Origin: a virus
Strand: one strand, 5' to 3'
Virus record (IMG/VR): IMGVR_UViG_3300027754_000045
Location: 1-64,000 of that record
Length of the DNA stretch: 64,000 nucleotides
The stretch's first letter is position 1. Every line of letters begins with the position of its first letter. The translations under genes and the position numbers were made by a program. The notes beneath the pieces were generated by a model. That model was not told the DNA's origin. It did no database searches and saw only the letters and a program-made list of their open reading frames with translations. Shown here piece by piece: positions 14,119 through 24,678 of this stretch.

Positions 14119-17100
14119 ATGGGCGTAATGTCTATTCCATGTTGTGATATCTCTGCCACAATTCCTCCTGTTATTGTTCCAAAGACTGGACCTGTATTGG
14201 TTCGTGCTGGCTGGTATCATTTTTTAGTAATGTCTAAAGGAGGAGAAGTTACAACCTTTATAGGTTCTCCGCCATTAGTTTATAAAACTGGAGTTACTGG
14301 TGATTATTGGCAAACTCGCTGGGGAGACACTCCAGCAGATCCAGATCCCACGACTCCTATAGATCCTACAAAAGAAGCTGATAGAACAATATGGCCACCA
14401 CAAGGATCAGAATATATAAAAGGAAATTGGTGGCAAAAGTTTGGTGGTGGAATAAAAAAATACCACCCATGGAGCTACGCAGATTGTTCTTATCATTTAG
14501 GAATCACTGGTTGGGATTCTGGGTGCATAGCAAGAAGCACAAACATTACTGATGGAAAAATAGGAGAACACGGAACGCTAATAGTAAATGCTACTTTAGA
14601 ACCGACAAATGATGGTCCTGGTTATGATTTTGTTGGAATTGCTACTGGACTCGAAGGTTCAGATGATCCTCCAAAATGTACGGAAAAATGTTATTATGAA
14701 GTTTTTAAATGGTATGAGTATCCAGGAAGTGATAATAACAAATATATACGAGAATTTTATCCTGAAATAATAACAGACTATATTAATCTTGATGGATCGT
14801 ATGATGGATTAGGTGTAACGCTATACGAAGCAACGCAATGCTCTAAAGGACTTCCAAAGTATGTCACTCCTTATTCTGCAGCTCAAATAGCTCCTGTTGG
14901 TCATCCACTAGAAACACCAACAAATATTCCTGGTCCAGTTGTTGATATTGTTTGTGGAGCATATCATAATATAATTAAATTGTTTGATAATTCTATAATG
15001 GCTTGGGGTTTAAATAGTATGGGTCAGTCTAATGTCCCAGAATCTTTATTGCCAGATAGTTTAAGACCAATTACTGTTCCGCCACATCCAAAAAAATCTA
15101 AAATATGTAGTCTTCATGCTGGATATTCTACTAGTGCTGTTTTGTTTAATGACGGAACTGTTTTGTGTTGGGGAGATCCAGAAGTTTCTGCAGCTGTTAA
15201 TCAATGGAAACATATAAGAACATCTGTGATAAAACTATTTCCAACCGATGGTCAACAAAAAAGTTGCATAGGAGCTGGATCTGAAGGATATCCTGAATGT
15301 CTGCCTGGAGAAGACTGTACTGCAGCAGAAAATTGGGTTGTGCAGGACAAGATAAAAAATGGTTCTTATAACGCACAAAATGATTGGAATGGTGAATGGC
15401 ACGGCGGAGCAGCTCCAGCATATCCGCATTTTGATCTTGGAGTTGAAACTGAATATGTCTATCCAGTAAATTGGGGTCACGTAGCAGATTTTTCAAGCGG
15501 AAGTGTTGATAAACCTGCTGGTTATGTGATTCCAGGTGACACCGACGAAGAGGGTGTTGATGTTCCGCAATATTCTTACAGGTATGCAAAAAAATGGGCA
15601 AGTCTAGGTGGTAACCAAAGCTTATGCTCGCAAAAAAATAAAATTGTAAAAGATTATGCTGTTGGTATGTTGAGAACTGGGCAAATAGTAACAACAAGAA
15701 AAACTAATGCACCAGAAAGCGGCAAAAATCTTTTGTATTCTAGAGATTGTAATATGGATGCACATACATCAAGATCTGATGGTGTGATAACTGTTACAAA
15801 TAAAGGACCAGCAATAAATTTCAGAGCAAGGATCGGTAGTGACAATCAAACGTGCTCAGACGCTAATAACAATTGTTTTGGTGATAATGAAGTGTTTAAT
15901 TGTAGTACTTTGAGTACACCTAATGGTCCATATAAGGAATGTCTTCCAACAACAACAATTTGTGAAGCTTATAAAAGATGGGAACTTGGAGATAATGGGG
16001 GATGTGAAGATAATGGACCAAGTGCCCAAAACAGACCAGAAGGAATTGGTTGTTTTTGTTCTGCAGATGACGAAGATGGTTATGATCCAAACTGGGCTGG
16101 TGCTGATCTGATTTATAAATCTGCTGGTCATGTTCGTAAAAATTATCCTGGATGGAATTCTGCAGAATCTACATTTGGCTGGTCCAGTTTACCTGTAATA
16201 CAGTCTAGATTTATTCCGACTCCTGGATTTTATGAATCAATTCGTGCTGGGTGTAGAGGTATAGGAGCGGTTACTACTACAATATGTCAAAATTACTTTC
16301 CAGCGAATTTGAAATGTGGATCTGAATGTCCTTCTTCGGATGGTATAGGTGGCAACATAATAGCAGATCCAGGAAAAAGAGGAGCAGGAATTCTTGAAGG
16401 AACTCCTGGTTATTTTACATACCCTACACACATGAATAGTCAAGGATGTGTGGCTGGTACGAATACAGTTTCTTGGTTATCACCTCCTCCTTTATTCCCA
16501 GAAAATTTATTTAATAATCTTCCTTTTTATGGAGTTGATGGGACGAGAACGAATTTTCAAAATCAAGATACATTGAATAATCAATTTCCGCAAAGTAATG
16601 GAGAAGGACCAAACAAAACAGTTAGAATTGGTACTAGAAATTTAACAAGCGGAGTATTTGATAATGGGAGAAGAAATGGAAATGTTTGTAGAGGTTGCGA
16701 TCATGTTGGGTCTCATCGAGAACACAAATATAACATACATCGTGTAACTCATGGAGTAATATTTAATATTAATGAGAAAGATCCAGATGGTGCTATAAAC
16801 CCCTTTACTGGTGGTTCTAAGTGCGGAGTTTGCGAAACCGAGACCGATCCAGGTACTCGGGAACTGGGTGGGTGTAATAATTTCAGACCAATAATATTAC
16901 CACAATACTCTATGAGACCATCAAAATCTTGGGGTCCATTTAATATAGAAAAACATATAGGAATGCTTCCTACTCCTCCTGTTTTGGAGTTGGGTATTTG
17001 GAGATATGGCAATCAATTGCAATTGTGGAGTACATTTAATAGTGGTAGATCTATAAACGAGAATGTGTTTAATTTTGGTTATGTGACGGAGGGATTGGTT

Positions 17101-20100
17101 AGTTTCAAAGAAGGATTTGATGAATCTCCTGGAACTGTAAACAGTTTTAAAAATACTATACCAACATCTACAATACCATGGATGTATATTTTAGCTCAAA
17201 AAGGAGACCAACAACCAACTCAAAAACAATGGCAGGGAGGACGATTAGCATTCGAAATCACTGAAATGTGTGATCAGCGTAATTGTTGGGCTGATGACGA
17301 ATTAAATGGTTTGGGAACAGCACTTGGTGGCGACGGAATGGGTTGTGCTATGTCGGGAGCATATAATATTTACGAACCTCATAGTTCAATGAAGGCGTTT
17401 TGTGCAGGGGAATTTAAGCACAGTTGTGCTGATCCTATTAAAACTTATAATCCAAACAAAAAACAAGAACTGTTAAATTCAAGAGGATTTACTCTATACT
17501 CTCCACCAGAACCTGTCTATCAAAAATCTCCAGAAATTTCTAGTATATCTAAAGATAAATCAAAAATTGCTATTTTAAGTAGAGCAGAGAACGGTATTAT
17601 AAACCTTTTTGTTTGGGATATTACATCCAAAGCAAATAAAAAATTAATAAAATTTAACGCAATTGAATCGGTTATGGTTATTATCAAAACACCATACAAA
17701 ATGAAATGGTTAGAAGATAATACATTATTAGTTATGTTTAATACCCCAGGAGATAGATTGTTTAAGTTGTCTGCTATTATTATTAGCAACTTTATGGGAT
17801 CAAACTATAAAATTAAACCAGTAAAATTTACCAGAGAATACAAAGACAGAAAGGATAATAATGGTAATCCAATATCAAATTTTGTATATACTGATTACAT
17901 AACATGCTTTATAGAAAATGGTAATACTACACACCAAACAATAAACAGTAATGATATAAACTCAAAAGATGGAACAATATGTACTTTATATGACACAACA
18001 ACTGTGGATCAAGGGACTGGTTTCATGAGAGATTATAATAAACAACATGTTAATATTTGGAAAAATAATACTTCTGTCCCAATAAATGGTAATCAAAACA
18101 GAGATAACTATGTGTATTATAAATTATGCGGTGTTAATACAGTTAACGAAATGCTGGATGTTGTTCGTCACACAACATTTTTTTCAAGAACATTGGGTAA
18201 TCCTGATGGTGTTACTTTATCACCAGCTAGAGGTAAAAATTTAAACGACGGTGAAGGTAAAGATATTCATGCTGCTGTTACTAATGATCGCATTCCTGTT
18301 GATACTTTATTCTTAAACGAAAATATCTACATGAGAGCTGGTGGTTATGCACAAACAATTCACTTTAATTCTCTTGGTGATTTAATGTTGTCTAGTAATA
18401 CTTTTAAATCCGTTGTTTGTTGGGGATTGAAAGGAATAACATCAGAGACAAAACAAGACGGAGAATCGGAGTTTTCTAGGGGAGAGTTAAATCCAAATAG
18501 TAGTAAATTACTTCTTGATACGGATATTGATGATACGAATTACACACAAACATTCAATAACCAGCAAGTCGCTATAGAACAAGATATAGAATCAGGTAGC
18601 GAAGAGGGAGCAGTTTTCAATTTTAATTATAATCTTTCCGAGCATTTAGGTGGTGTGGACGCAGAACACGTAAAATCAAACACAACTGGTAATAAAATTG
18701 CAATTTTTGGATGGGATAATACAAATATTAGTGCTTCATTACAAAATTCTGAAAAAGGACGCAAAGTTATTCAAATTAATAAATTAATTTGGGGAACTAC
18801 GTTAGAAGCATATGATAGAGGGGCAAAAATAAGACCAAATCCTGCAACTCCTCCAACAATTAAAGACATTATTCCTGCACCAACAACAATAGAAAAACAA
18901 ATAGACATCTACGAAGACGGATTTACTGTAAACCGAGATCACACTGGGGATAGTGATTTTCGATATAGAGCTGTTAACATGATGACAGATAGAGACACAC
19001 AATCATTCAGCAAATATCTATCAATAGACGATACATTAAATTTTGCTATAGTAATAGATATTTTAAATGATAGGGGCGGTGACAACAATCAAACTGCTAG
19101 GTGTTCGTTTATTCACATAGACGTTTTAGCAAACAAAATAAATAGATTTTTTAATGTATTTCCAGAAACTACTCAAAATTCGTATTCTGGTGTAGAATTA
19201 ATTAAATCTGATATGGCGGTTATTTTATCTTTAAGTGTGCGCCCTTACAAAAAACCAATATTTAATATAACAACAGATATAGAAATTCCAAATGTTTATG
19301 TTTTTGACGGAAAATCTCTTCCTAGTATATACAAACTTTGGCCATTAAGAAACAGACGAATATGTGGTTGGAGACAGGGATTGGGATCACCTCCTCCACT
19401 TGGATGGACTGGTGGTGGTAATTTTGAGTGTTGTGGTGCTAGAGACAATAGCTGTGGTCCAAAAATAATAACGCCAGACAAAAACCCAGGAGACTTAGGA
19501 TGGGTAAAACCAACAGAATGTAACAAACAAGTTCAGTCTAAAGGACTTAATGATGTTTTGTGTCCTGATTGTGAGCAAGATAATACCGACGAATATAGTC
19601 GATGGGCATTCTTAAATTATACTATATCATATGCCACTGGTAGGAGTTGGTCTGTTCATCTAAGAGCAAAACCATGGGATCGTAAAAGAGATAAGGGATC
19701 CTTTTTTCTTAAAGTGAATAATTGCGAAGAAACTTCTGCTTATAACAGCAATGAATTTTTTGACGATGGCGGAATAACTATTCAGAAATCACCAAATCAT
19801 ATTTCTGGTAATTATGACAACGTTAAGATATGGGTTGTTGGTGATTTAACGGATCCTTGCCCTCCGTGGCCACTAAAAACGTGGAATAGCGAATTTGATA
19901 TCGATATAGACAAACCACGAGCATCAACTACAGTTGGTTATACTGTGCAGGGTGGTAAAAATCATACAGGAAACCAAGCACTTAATGGTATTTCTGGTAC
20001 ATTCAATATTAAATATTGTCCACTATATCCTTCTTGGGTTCCGACACCTAATTCTGGTGGTCCCCACAACACCAAGCCAAGACAATCATATAAAGGATCT

Positions 20101-20751
20101 TGGGGTGTTGGCGGAGATTGGAAACAAGCATTATACGGTATTAAAGAGGGAAAATTAAACGGAAAGAATGTTTCTGAATGTGGTTTAAATATTCAAAGTA
20201 TATCAGATATAGAAAGTATAAATTCTAGTATTGGTAGAACTGATGCTGCGTATCAAGATACTAGTTGTGGCATTTGTGAAAAATCTTGGACTAGTCCTCT
20301 ACCTCCAGAATCAGATATTGTTGGCAAGGTATTTTTCAAACAAGGATTTGAAAGTCCTTGGAGTGTTGATGGCGTTGGTTCCGTTGCTGCAACACACGGA
20401 ACACAATATAAACAAGACGACACTATAACTATTGATGCACTACCAATCTGTAATAATTTAAAATTGGGGTCTTGTTGGAGACCAGATGCAACAGAAACTA
20501 GTGGATGGACTTGTTCTTACGGTTCTATAAATGCATGTAGTCATTGTCCAGATTCTACAAATCCAAATGATGCTGGTTATTTTAGAGAAAATGAGCTTTG
20601 TGCAAATAGTCAACAACCACAAGAGACTGAATTATTTGACGAAGAAGGAGAACCTATAAAAAGAGGTTGTGATGTTTATAATAGATGGTGCTGTGAGTGT
20701 CCACCCGACCAACCAGGTTGTGGTTGCGGTAATGACCAGCCAGAAGAATAA
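14119..20751 (+). CDS. giant Cys-rich protein with RCC1/BLIP-II-like repeats, putative virion adhesin
   Basis: 2210 aa; IVCGAYHNI...AWGLNSMGQSNVP and AGYSTSAVLFNDGTVLCWG repeats; many CC/CxC pairs. Confidence 0.6.
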   Translation: MGVMSIPCCDISATIPPVIVPKTGPVLVRAGWYHFLVMSKGGEVTTFIGSPPLVYKTGVTGDYWQTRWGDTPADPDPTTPIDPTKEADRTIWPPQGSEYIKGNWWQKFGGGIKKYHPWSYADCSYHLGITGWDSGCIARSTNITDGKIGEHGTLIVNATLEPTNDGPGYDFVGIATGLEGSDDPPKCTEKCYYEVFKWYEYPGSDNNKYIREFYPEIITDYINLDGSYDGLGVTLYEATQCSKGLPKYVTPYSAAQIAPVGHPLETPTNIPGPVVDIVCGAYHNIIKLFDNSIMAWGLNSMGQSNVPESLLPDSLRPITVPPHPKKSKICSLHAGYSTSAVLFNDGTVLCWGDPEVSAAVNQWKHIRTSVIKLFPTDGQQKSCIGAGSEGYPECLPGEDCTAAENWVVQDKIKNGSYNAQNDWNGEWHGGAAPAYPHFDLGVETEYVYPVNWGHVADFSSGSVDKPAGYVIPGDTDEEGVDVPQYSYRYAKKWASLGGNQSLCSQKNKIVKDYAVGMLRTGQIVTTRKTNAPESGKNLLYSRDCNMDAHTSRSDGVITVTNKGPAINFRARIGSDNQTCSDANNNCFGDNEVFNCSTLSTPNGPYKECLPTTTICEAYKRWELGDNGGCEDNGPSAQNRPEGIGCFCSADDEDGYDPNWAGADLIYKSAGHVRKNYPGWNSAESTFGWSSLPVIQSRFIPTPGFYESIRAGCRGIGAVTTTICQNYFPANLKCGSECPSSDGIGGNIIADPGKRGAGILEGTPGYFTYPTHMNSQGCVAGTNTVSWLSPPPLFPENLFNNLPFYGVDGTRTNFQNQDTLNNQFPQSNGEGPNKTVRIGTRNLTSGVFDNGRRNGNVCRGCDHVGSHREHKYNIHRVTHGVIFNINEKDPDGAINPFTGGSKCGVCETETDPGTRELGGCNNFRPIILPQYSMRPSKSWGPFNIEKHIGMLPTPPVLELGIWRYGNQLQLWSTFNSGRSINENVFNFGYVTEGLVSFKEGFDESPGTVNSFKNTIPTSTIPWMYILAQKGDQQPTQKQWQGGRLAFEITEMCDQRNCWADDELNGLGTALGGDGMGCAMSGAYNIYEPHSSMKAFCAGEFKHSCADPIKTYNPNKKQELLNSRGFTLYSPPEPVYQKSPEISSISKDKSKIAILSRAENGIINLFVWDITSKANKKLIKFNAIESVMVIIKTPYKMKWLEDNTLLVMFNTPGDRLFKLSAIIISNFMGSNYKIKPVKFTREYKDRKDNNGNPISNFVYTDYITCFIENGNTTHQTINSNDINSKDGTICTLYDTTTVDQGTGFMRDYNKQHVNIWKNNTSVPINGNQNRDNYVYYKLCGVNTVNEMLDVVRHTTFFSRTLGNPDGVTLSPARGKNLNDGEGKDIHAAVTNDRIPVDTLFLNENIYMRAGGYAQTIHFNSLGDLMLSSNTFKSVVCWGLKGITSETKQDGESEFSRGELNPNSSKLLLDTDIDDTNYTQTFNNQQVAIEQDIESGSEEGAVFNFNYNLSEHLGGVDAEHVKSNTTGNKIAIFGWDNTNISASLQNSEKGRKVIQINKLIWGTTLEAYDRGAKIRPNPATPPTIKDIIPAPTTIEKQIDIYEDGFTVNRDHTGDSDFRYRAVNMMTDRDTQSFSKYLSIDDTLNFAIVIDILNDRGGDNNQTARCSFIHIDVLANKINRFFNVFPETTQNSYSGVELIKSDMAVILSLSVRPYKKPIFNITTDIEIPNVYVFDGKSLPSIYKLWPLRNRRICGWRQGLGSPPPLGWTGGGNFECCGARDNSCGPKIITPDKNPGDLGWVKPTECNKQVQSKGLNDVLCPDCEQDNTDEYSRWAFLNYTISYATGRSWSVHLRAKPWDRKRDKGSFFLKVNNCEETSAYNSNEFFDDGGITIQKSPNHISGNYDNVKIWVVGDLTDPCPPWPLKTWNSEFDIDIDKPRASTTVGYTVQGGKNHTGNQALNGISGTFNIKYCPLYPSWVPTPNSGGPHNTKPRQSYKGSWGVGGDWKQALYGIKEGKLNGKNVSECGLNIQSISDIESINSSIGRTDAAYQDTSCGICEKSWTSPLPPESDIVGKVFFKQGFESPWSVDGVGSVAATHGTQYKQDDTITIDALPICNNLKLGSCWRPDATETSGWTCSYGSINACSHCPDSTNPNDAGYFRENELCANSQQPQETELFDEEGEPIKRGCDVYNRWCCECPPDQPGCGCGNDQPEE

Positions 20752-20760
20752 TAAATGTTT

Positions 20761-21618
20761 TTATATAAAGTAGTTTCCACCACGAAATTCGCACTGATAT
20801 TTGGTGCTATATTTTATAGTTGTTCCTAATTTTAAACAGGATCCTTTGGGGATTTCGTTAATGTTTAATGGTACTGTTGTTTCTGCTAATTGTGTTTGAT
20901 ATAAATTAACTATTGTTGGTTGCCCAATCAATTTCTCTACAACTGTTTTTTGTTTTAATAGTATTACTTCTTTTTTGTTTAACATTACGGTATCTATAAT
21001 TTGAAATTTGATATCTCTATTTTGTGATTTTGGGTTTTTAATCTCAATTAAGTCACCAGGATAGAATCCTAAATTTTTCAATACTTTATTTCCTACTGGA
21101 ATAAAAACTATTGCGTTTCTTTGAGAGGTCGTATCGTTGCTTAAAGATAAACCACTCGTGATTTGAGGAGTATTAATAAAAAAAGTATTCATATAAACAT
21201 CAACACTTGGATATTTTTCTTCTGTAGAAATTACTTTGCCGAACAAAAAATCGTTTTTAAATTCTACAAACTCTATATTAGATTCTAAATTTATTGTTGA
21301 TGAACTTACACTTTCGTCCAAATAATTACAATCTGTTAAAGAAATTCCTGTTCCTTGCTGCATATTAATAAAGAATGTTTTCAGATAAGTTTTATCGTCA
21401 TTATTAGCTTGACTATAATCTAATATTATTTTATCTGTATTATTTTCGTTATAGAATATAACGTTTGGTTTTGATGTTAATACTGAATTATTATTATATA
21501 ATTCATTTTCAAAATTAATAAATTCAACAAAGTAAAATATATCAGATCTTGTTATTATATAATTATCAAAATTAGATTGAACATCTGTTATTAGTTGTTT
21601 TGTATTTCGAATAGACAT
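20761..21618 (-). CDS. hypothetical protein, probably structural
   Basis: Coupled to the upstream gene; C-terminal GSC...C...GG Cys module. Confidence 0.55.
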   Translation of the reverse strand: MSIRNTKQLITDVQSNFDNYIITRSDIFYFVEFINFENELYNNNSVLTSKPNVIFYNENNTDKIILDYSQANNDDKTYLKTFFINMQQGTGISLTDCNYLDESVSSSTINLESNIEFVEFKNDFLFGKVISTEEKYPSVDVYMNTFFINTPQITSGLSLSNDTTSQRNAIVFIPVGNKVLKNLGFYPGDLIEIKNPKSQNRDIKFQIIDTVMLNKKEVILLKQKTVVEKLIGQPTIVNLYQTQLAETTVPLNINEIPKGSCLKLGTTIKYSTKYQCEFRGGNYFI

Positions 21619-21619
21619 A

Positions 21620-22849
21620 TTATGTTGCTATATAGCTAATTGTACCAGATCCTGAATTAACATTAAATGAGATGTTATTTAAGTTATTAGTTTCTATAAA
21701 AATTATTTCACCGCCACCAAGAGAATATTTATCAGAGGTTGTTCCGTTACCTTGAATATTAACATCAGAAGAAGATCTGTTTTTAATAGTAATGCCAGTT
21801 TTTAAAGATGTTGATGGTAATGTCAACGACGATCCAGCAGTTATTCCTTTAGTTCCTGTATAAACTATACTAGGAATATTAATACTAGAAATTTTTGCTT
21901 CTAAAGGGTTAATTGAAGCCCCAGTACTACCTCCTAACATACTAAGAATCATTCCTGATGTGGTAGTAATTAGGGTATCTAATTTTTGTTTTATTAAATA
22001 AGTATCAGTCATAACATTAGTAAGATCAACAGTTACTGGATTAGTGATTGATTGTATTGTGGGATTTTCGTAAAATTTCACATATAATGACTCTTCTGCG
22101 CCCTTTGTTCCCTTAATTCTTAATTCAGGACCATAAGTTGCTCCAGCAATATAAAATGGACTTGATTGGCAAACGCCAACCACGGCAGAAACATTAACAG
22201 TTGCTGTTATTCCTGCACCCACAATATTAACATTTAGTGCTCCACCAGACGACCCAATTAAATTTCCACTACCATCTCGTATATTAACGGGTATTAGTGT
22301 TGCTCCTGCAGAACTATAAACTCTAATGCTGTCTTTAGATTGAAGTAGATTAGGAATGATAGAAATTCCAACTGTACTACCAGTAATCGAAATACTGTCT
22401 GTTAAATATGATAACATACGACCACCAGTAATTCCTACTGGGTTGATTAGAGACATAGTACTTCCGCCAAGAATAGTTACACTATTAACATTAACGGTTC
22501 CTGTGATTCCAACCAAAACTCCATTAGTAATGCCCTGAACCAAACCAGCAACCTGGACTGGTGTGTATGCAGAACTAGTAGTTCCGCTGACTATTAAAGT
22601 AGAAGATGTTCCATTAATAACTTTAAAATTACCAAGACCAGTAACACTACCAGTAATTCCTACATTTAAACCAGATGTTGATTCTATTTTTACTGGTAGA
22701 GGATATGATGCGCTTACTCTATTAGATTCTCCTGTACTTCCCCAAGCAAGTTTATTTACTTGAAAATGAGTATTATTAACATAATCGGTAGCAATAGCTG
22801 CGGTGTTTCCCGTAGTATCGACAATTAGATTTGCGTCAGTGTCTGGCAT
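21620..22849 (-). CDS. putative virion structural or fibre protein
   Basis: GGAG RBS; G/S/T/V/I-rich beta composition with many GITG/GAT motifs. Confidence 0.6.
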   Translation of the reverse strand: MPDTDANLIVDTTGNTAAIATDYVNNTHFQVNKLAWGSTGESNRVSASYPLPVKIESTSGLNVGITGSVTGLGNFKVINGTSSTLIVSGTTSSAYTPVQVAGLVQGITNGVLVGITGTVNVNSVTILGGSTMSLINPVGITGGRMLSYLTDSISITGSTVGISIIPNLLQSKDSIRVYSSAGATLIPVNIRDGSGNLIGSSGGALNVNIVGAGITATVNVSAVVGVCQSSPFYIAGATYGPELRIKGTKGAEESLYVKFYENPTIQSITNPVTVDLTNVMTDTYLIKQKLDTLITTTSGMILSMLGGSTGASINPLEAKISSINIPSIVYTGTKGITAGSSLTLPSTSLKTGITIKNRSSSDVNIQGNGTTSDKYSLGGGEIIFIETNNLNNISFNVNSGSGTISYIAT

Positions 22850-22903
22850 TTATTTCTCCAAATAGTTGTATAATCTGTTAAAGCTCTTATATATATGTGT
22901 ATC

Positions 22904-23134
22904 ATGGTGCTATTTATTGATAATGAAACACAAAACGACTTTTGTCGTCAAGTAGAAAAATATGTAGAAAGATGGAAAAGTACATACATTAATGCTGTTA
23001 TAAGTGTATGTGAATCCAAAGATCTGCCTGTTGAAAGTGTAGCAAAAATTCTTTCTAAGCCTATTGTGGAGAAAATCCAACAAGAAGGTGAAAATTTGAA
23101 TTTTTTACAAAAAACAACAAAATTATTATTTTGA
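22904..23134 (+). CDS. gp33: late transcription co-activator gp33
   Basis: F...VEK.V.....YINAV...CE....ESVAK.LSKPI.EKIQ.E...LNFL; upstream of gp32. Confidence 0.85.
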   Translation: MVLFIDNETQNDFCRQVEKYVERWKSTYINAVISVCESKDLPVESVAKILSKPIVEKIQQEGENLNFLQKTTKLLF

Positions 23135-23135
23135 C

Positions 23136-23163
23136 TTGACAACTCAGTTTTAGGTTGTATAAT
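23136..23163 (+). promoter_or_regulatory. sigma70-type promoter TTGACA-N16-TATAAT for gp32
   Basis: Perfect hexamers; AAGGAG RBS downstream. Confidence 0.8.
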
Positions 23164-23186
23164 ATTCTTACAAAAGGAGATACTAC

Positions 23187-24062
23187 ATGTCATTTAAAGA
23201 TTTGAAGAAGAATTCGTCTGATTTCAGCAAACTCCAATCCGAATTGGAGAAGCAAAACAAAACTAACGATTACAAGGATGATCGTATGTGGCGACCAGTA
23301 CTGGATGCAGCCAGTAATGGATATGCCGTAATTCGGTTCTTGCCAGCAATACAAGGCGAGGACATTCCGTGGGTTAAGACCTACCAACATGCATTCCGTG
23401 GTAAGGGTGGATGGTTCATTAATAATTGCCCAACAACACTCGGACAAAAGTGCCCAGTGTGTGAAGGTAATAGTGAACTATGGGCTTCTGGTACGGAAAG
23501 CGATAAGAATATTGCTCGTGATCGTAAGCGTAAACTTACATACACTTCTAATATTTTGGTTGTTGAAGATCCAGCAAGTCCACAAAACAAGGGTAAGGTT
23601 TTCTTGTTTAAGTACGGAAAGAAGATCTTTGACAAGATTCAAGAACAAATGAATCCTGAATTTGCAGACGAATCAACAGTCAATCCATTTGACTTTTGGA
23701 AGGGTGCTAATTTCAAGTTGAAGGTTCGTAAGGTTGAAGGTTATGTTAATTACGACAAGAGTGAGTTTAGCGCAGCATCTGCTTTGTTTGATGGTGATGA
23801 CGCTAAGATCGAAGCTTTGTGGAATAGTCAATATCCACTGAAGCCCTTTGTTGATCCAAAGGAATTTAAGTCATATGCAGAACTCAAGGTAAAGCTTGTG
23901 GATGCCCTTGGCGGAGATCTTCGTAGTGAAGCGGGTGAAGAGGATACTTTTGAGTCAGACACAAAGGCTCGTCAAACGACACGCCCTGGTCGAAATGCTC
24001 CAAAGCAGCAAACTGAAGACGTTGATGTTGATACGTATCTTAAGTCACTTGGTAACGAGTAA
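23187..24062 (+). CDS. gp32: single-stranded DNA-binding protein gp32
   Basis: DDRMW, NGYAVIRFLP, Zn ligands H..C..CPVC, GKVFLFKYGKKIFDKI, NPFDFW.GANFKLK, acidic tail. Confidence 0.97.
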   Translation: MSFKDLKKNSSDFSKLQSELEKQNKTNDYKDDRMWRPVLDAASNGYAVIRFLPAIQGEDIPWVKTYQHAFRGKGGWFINNCPTTLGQKCPVCEGNSELWASGTESDKNIARDRKRKLTYTSNILVVEDPASPQNKGKVFLFKYGKKIFDKIQEQMNPEFADESTVNPFDFWKGANFKLKVRKVEGYVNYDKSEFSAASALFDGDDAKIEALWNSQYPLKPFVDPKEFKSYAELKVKLVDALGGDLRSEAGEEDTFESDTKARQTTRPGRNAPKQQTEDVDVDTYLKSLGNE

Positions 24063-24084
24063 TACTTTAAGTTTTCACAGAGTT

Positions 24085-24112
24085 AAAAAACCCCCAGCAA
24101 TGGGGGTTTTTT
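24085..24112. terminator. bidirectional intrinsic terminator
   Basis: AAAAAACCCCCA-gcaa-TGGGGGTTTTTT between convergent genes. Confidence 0.88.
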
Positions 24113-24678
24113 TATCCAATATTATTTCTCCAAGATGGAATTGTTTGGTATTCTCTGCGTAGATTAAAAACATAATCATTAATAATTGAGGTATTTGAAT
24201 TATTATTTACTATACTACTATTATCTGACATATCAGACATGTTTGAATTAGTATTATTTGATTGATTTGGGGTATTAAATTTTGACATTAAATTCATTAC
24301 CTTTCCAGTTTTCGCAGTTATATCTTCTATGCTAGATTTGTTTGTTATTGCACTTTTTGCATCAAATATAAGTTTATTTAAAGAATTTACAGAATTATCT
24401 GGTGGATTACTGTTTTTTTCATATAATTTTAAATTTTCTTTGCTCTTGGCAGCTCTTATTTTCTTTCCTTCAGGATCTGCTCGATCTCTTGCGAGACTTC
24501 TTCGTTCAGCATGCTCTGCTGCCTTTTCTTGCTTTACTGTCTGATTCTCTGTCCATTGATCAACAGTTAATGCATTTCCTTCAGCATCTCTTCCGTAAGG
24601 TGCAGTAAGAGGAGAAGTATCTCGATTTAATATAATGTCTGGATTTGGATTAAAAAAATTGCCATTAGTATTTTTCAT
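24112..24678 (-). CDS. 188-aa protein in the tape-measure/hub (gp29-like) gene position
   Basis: Directly downstream of gp26/51; Asn/Ser-rich C-terminal IVNNNSNTS segment; assignment by synteny only. Confidence 0.4.
   Translation of the reverse strand: MKNTNGNFFNPNPDIILNRDTSPLTAPYGRDAEGNALTVDQWTENQTVKQEKAAEHAERRSLARDRADPEGKKIRAAKSKENLKLYEKNSNPPDNSVNSLNKLIFDAKSAITNKSSIEDITAKTGKVMNLMSKFNTPNQSNNTNSNMSDMSDNSSIVNNNSNTSIINDYVFNLRREYQTIPSWRNNIG
24421..24603 (-). repeat. 183-bp segment duplicated (inverted) at 59764-59946
   Basis: Hand alignment: 152/183 nt and 45/61 aa identical, no gaps. Confidence 0.9.

Noticed and set aside
15197-20428. Many short antisense or alternative-frame ORFs inside the 2210-aa gene (and similarly inside gp32, gp20 and gp23)
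   Set aside because: Typical shadow frames of long coding regions; no independent expression signals
23134-23187. Missing gp59 helicase loader between gp33 and gp32
   Set aside because: Gene order varies among T4-like phages and gp59 may lie outside the window
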